Source of the DNA: Pseudomonadota bacterium
GTDB lineage: Bacteria; Desulfobacterota; Desulfobulbia; Desulfobulbales; SURF-16
DNA: 64,000 nucleotides
Assembly: GCA_018897105.1 (NCBI GenBank)
Contig: JAHILF010000092.1
Span: forward strand, 19,559-83,558
Direction of reading: 5' to 3'
Positions 62,639 to 64,000 of this stretch are shown here, in pieces. The first letter of the stretch is position 1, and each line of letters starts with the position of its first letter. Both the position numbers and the translations under genes were made by a program. The notes under the pieces are model-generated. The model worked only from the letters and a program-made list of their open reading frames with translations. It was not told the DNA's origin and did not search any database.

Positions 62639-64000
62639 ATGGCCGGGACTATCAGTACATTGGGCATCGGGTCGGGCATCGATTTGCAGGGTATGCTCGA
62701 ACAGCTGCGGGAGATTGACCAGCAAGTCGTTGATGCGAAAAGCGACAAGATCAAGGGGTACCAGGACCAGCTGGCGGAATTCACCACTGTCAACAACAAG
62801 CTGTTGACCTTGAAAAGTTCGGCCCTGAATCTGTCCCTGTCCAGTAACTTTCTGGGACGGACTGTGACCAGTTCTGACGAAACCGTGGCAACGGCCACGG
62901 TTGTTGACGGCGCTGTGGAGCAGAGTGACCAGCTGGAGGTGACCCGTCTTGCCGCTAAAAATTCATGGCTGTCGGCTTCCGGTGCGGCCTCCGCCGACAG
63001 CAGCGTTTATGTGCCGGTGAGCACTGAATCGACAACGGGCGTTGCTGACAGCGCCGCAACGGTGGTTGCCCATGCCGGGGAATCCATGCTCATCACCTTT
63101 GGCGAGGCGGATCAGATTATTCTGAATGTGGCCGGTGATATGACCATGGATGATCTGGTGACGGCGATCAATACCCATGTGGATAATGTCGGCGCCGGTG
63201 ATAATGGACGGCTGGTAACCGCGGAAACCTATGATGTGGAAGGCGAGACATTCCTGCGCATCAGAAGCGATCTGGCCGCTGGCACGGGTGAGAGCAACCG
63301 GGTGGCGGTTAACGAGGATTTTGCTGATATCGATTTTGCCGCTCCTGACACCACTTTTTCCTTCCAGGTCGGCGAGGGTGATCCTGTTTCCATAACCGTT
63401 GCGGCCGATACCACCCTGACCGAGCTTACCGCGCTTATTAATGATGCAGAGGATAATCCCGGCGTCACAGCGGCAGTGATCAATGACGGAGATGCCTCCA
63501 CTCCCTACCGCCTGACCCTGCAGTCGAACACCATCGGCGAGGATGGCCGCATCACTTTTCTGACCCAGCTTGCCGATATGACCCTGGATGAACAGCAGGG
63601 GGCCGGAGGAGAATCGCTCAACGCCCAGTTTTCCCTGGACGGCATTTCTTATCAGCGCCAGTCCAACTCTTTTTTCGATGTGATTTCCGGCGTGACCATC
63701 ACTCTGGAGAGTGAGGGCACCACCACCATCACCGTCGGTAATAACAATGCAAACATCAAAGATATGATCAACGGGCTGGTTACCGCCTATAATGACGCGG
63801 TCCAGGAAGTACGGACAAATTCCTCCTATGACGCCGAGACAGGCACATTCGGCAGTCTATTCGGCACAACGCTGCGCGATCTTCCCAACACGTTGAGAAA
63901 CCTTATGACTTCAACGGTCAGGGCAGACGAAACCGGCAAGGTCACTACTCTTTTTGATTTAGGCCTGGAATTTAACAGAGATGGAACCATATCACTGGAT
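62639..64000 (+). CDS. fliD: flagellar filament cap protein FliD (partial; runs off the window end; absent from the supplied ORF track)
   Basis: The ATG at 62639 opens 454 codons with no stop. The product reads MAGTISTLGIGSGIDLQGMLEQLREIDQQ..FSLDGISYQRQSNSFFDVISGVTITLE..LGLEFNRDGTISLD, which are classic FliD N-terminal and central motifs. Confidence 0.9.
   Translation, partial: MAGTISTLGIGSGIDLQGMLEQLREIDQQVVDAKSDKIKGYQDQLAEFTTVNNKLLTLKSSALNLSLSSNFLGRTVTSSDETVATATVVDGAVEQSDQLEVTRLAAKNSWLSASGAASADSSVYVPVSTESTTGVADSAATVVAHAGESMLITFGEADQIILNVAGDMTMDDLVTAINTHVDNVGAGDNGRLVTAETYDVEGETFLRIRSDLAAGTGESNRVAVNEDFADIDFAAPDTTFSFQVGEGDPVSITVAADTTLTELTALINDAEDNPGVTAAVINDGDASTPYRLTLQSNTIGEDGRITFLTQLADMTLDEQQGAGGESLNAQFSLDGISYQRQSNSFFDVISGVTITLESEGTTTITVGNNNANIKDMINGLVTAYNDAVQEVRTNSSYDAETGTFGSLFGTTLRDLPNTLRNLMTSTVRADETGKVTTLFDLGLEFNRDGTISLD

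Overview
The window holds no rRNA, tRNA, CRISPR array, transposase or integrase that I could see. It is a dense accessory glycan-tailoring island that ends in flagellar filament genes, and it has four blocks.

1. **123-37433 (+).** About 32 co-directional genes, many translationally coupled. They are unusually rich in radical SAM (rSAM) enzymes and are interleaved with:
   - SAM methyltransferases
   - two membrane acyltransferases and an SGNH hydrolase
   - a DegT aminotransferase and an SDR
   - GT2 and CgeB-like glycosyltransferases
   - two YdcF/DUF218 proteins and a flippase-like protein
   - an SxtJ / DUF5989 / carbamoyltransferase triad

2. **37434-37959, then 37960-50354 (+).** A 0.5-kb regulatory gap carries a sigma54-type -24/-12 motif and a perfect inverted repeat. 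The operon that follows encodes:
   - a GT9-like multidomain protein and methyltransferases
   - an Ldh_2 dehydrogenase and a Gfo/Idh/MocA oxidoreductase
   - two CMP-sugar-type cytidylyltransferase domains, one fused to a GT2
   - another B12-binding rSAM and a CmcI-like methyltransferase
   - a GT-B-like/TPR protein and LhgO

3. **56698-50404 (-).** An operon encoding a TPR+GT9-like protein (FlmG-like architecture), an N-acetyl-sugar amidotransferase with HisH/HisF-like partners (an acetamidino module), and an unknown protein with two repeated domains.

4. **56833-64000 (+).** A maf (DUF115)-TPR gene, an 804-aa flagellin and a truncated fliD. The last two have sigma28-like promoters.

The most unusual signals are these:
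- Fourteen rSAM enzymes (nine with B12-binding domains, five SPASM/twitch-like or Cys-rich) lie next to flagellin glycosylation genes.
- The flagellin variable region shows a hexapeptide / 18-residue solenoid periodicity over about 273 residues.

All family assignments come from reading motifs by eye. No HMM or BLAST search was possible.
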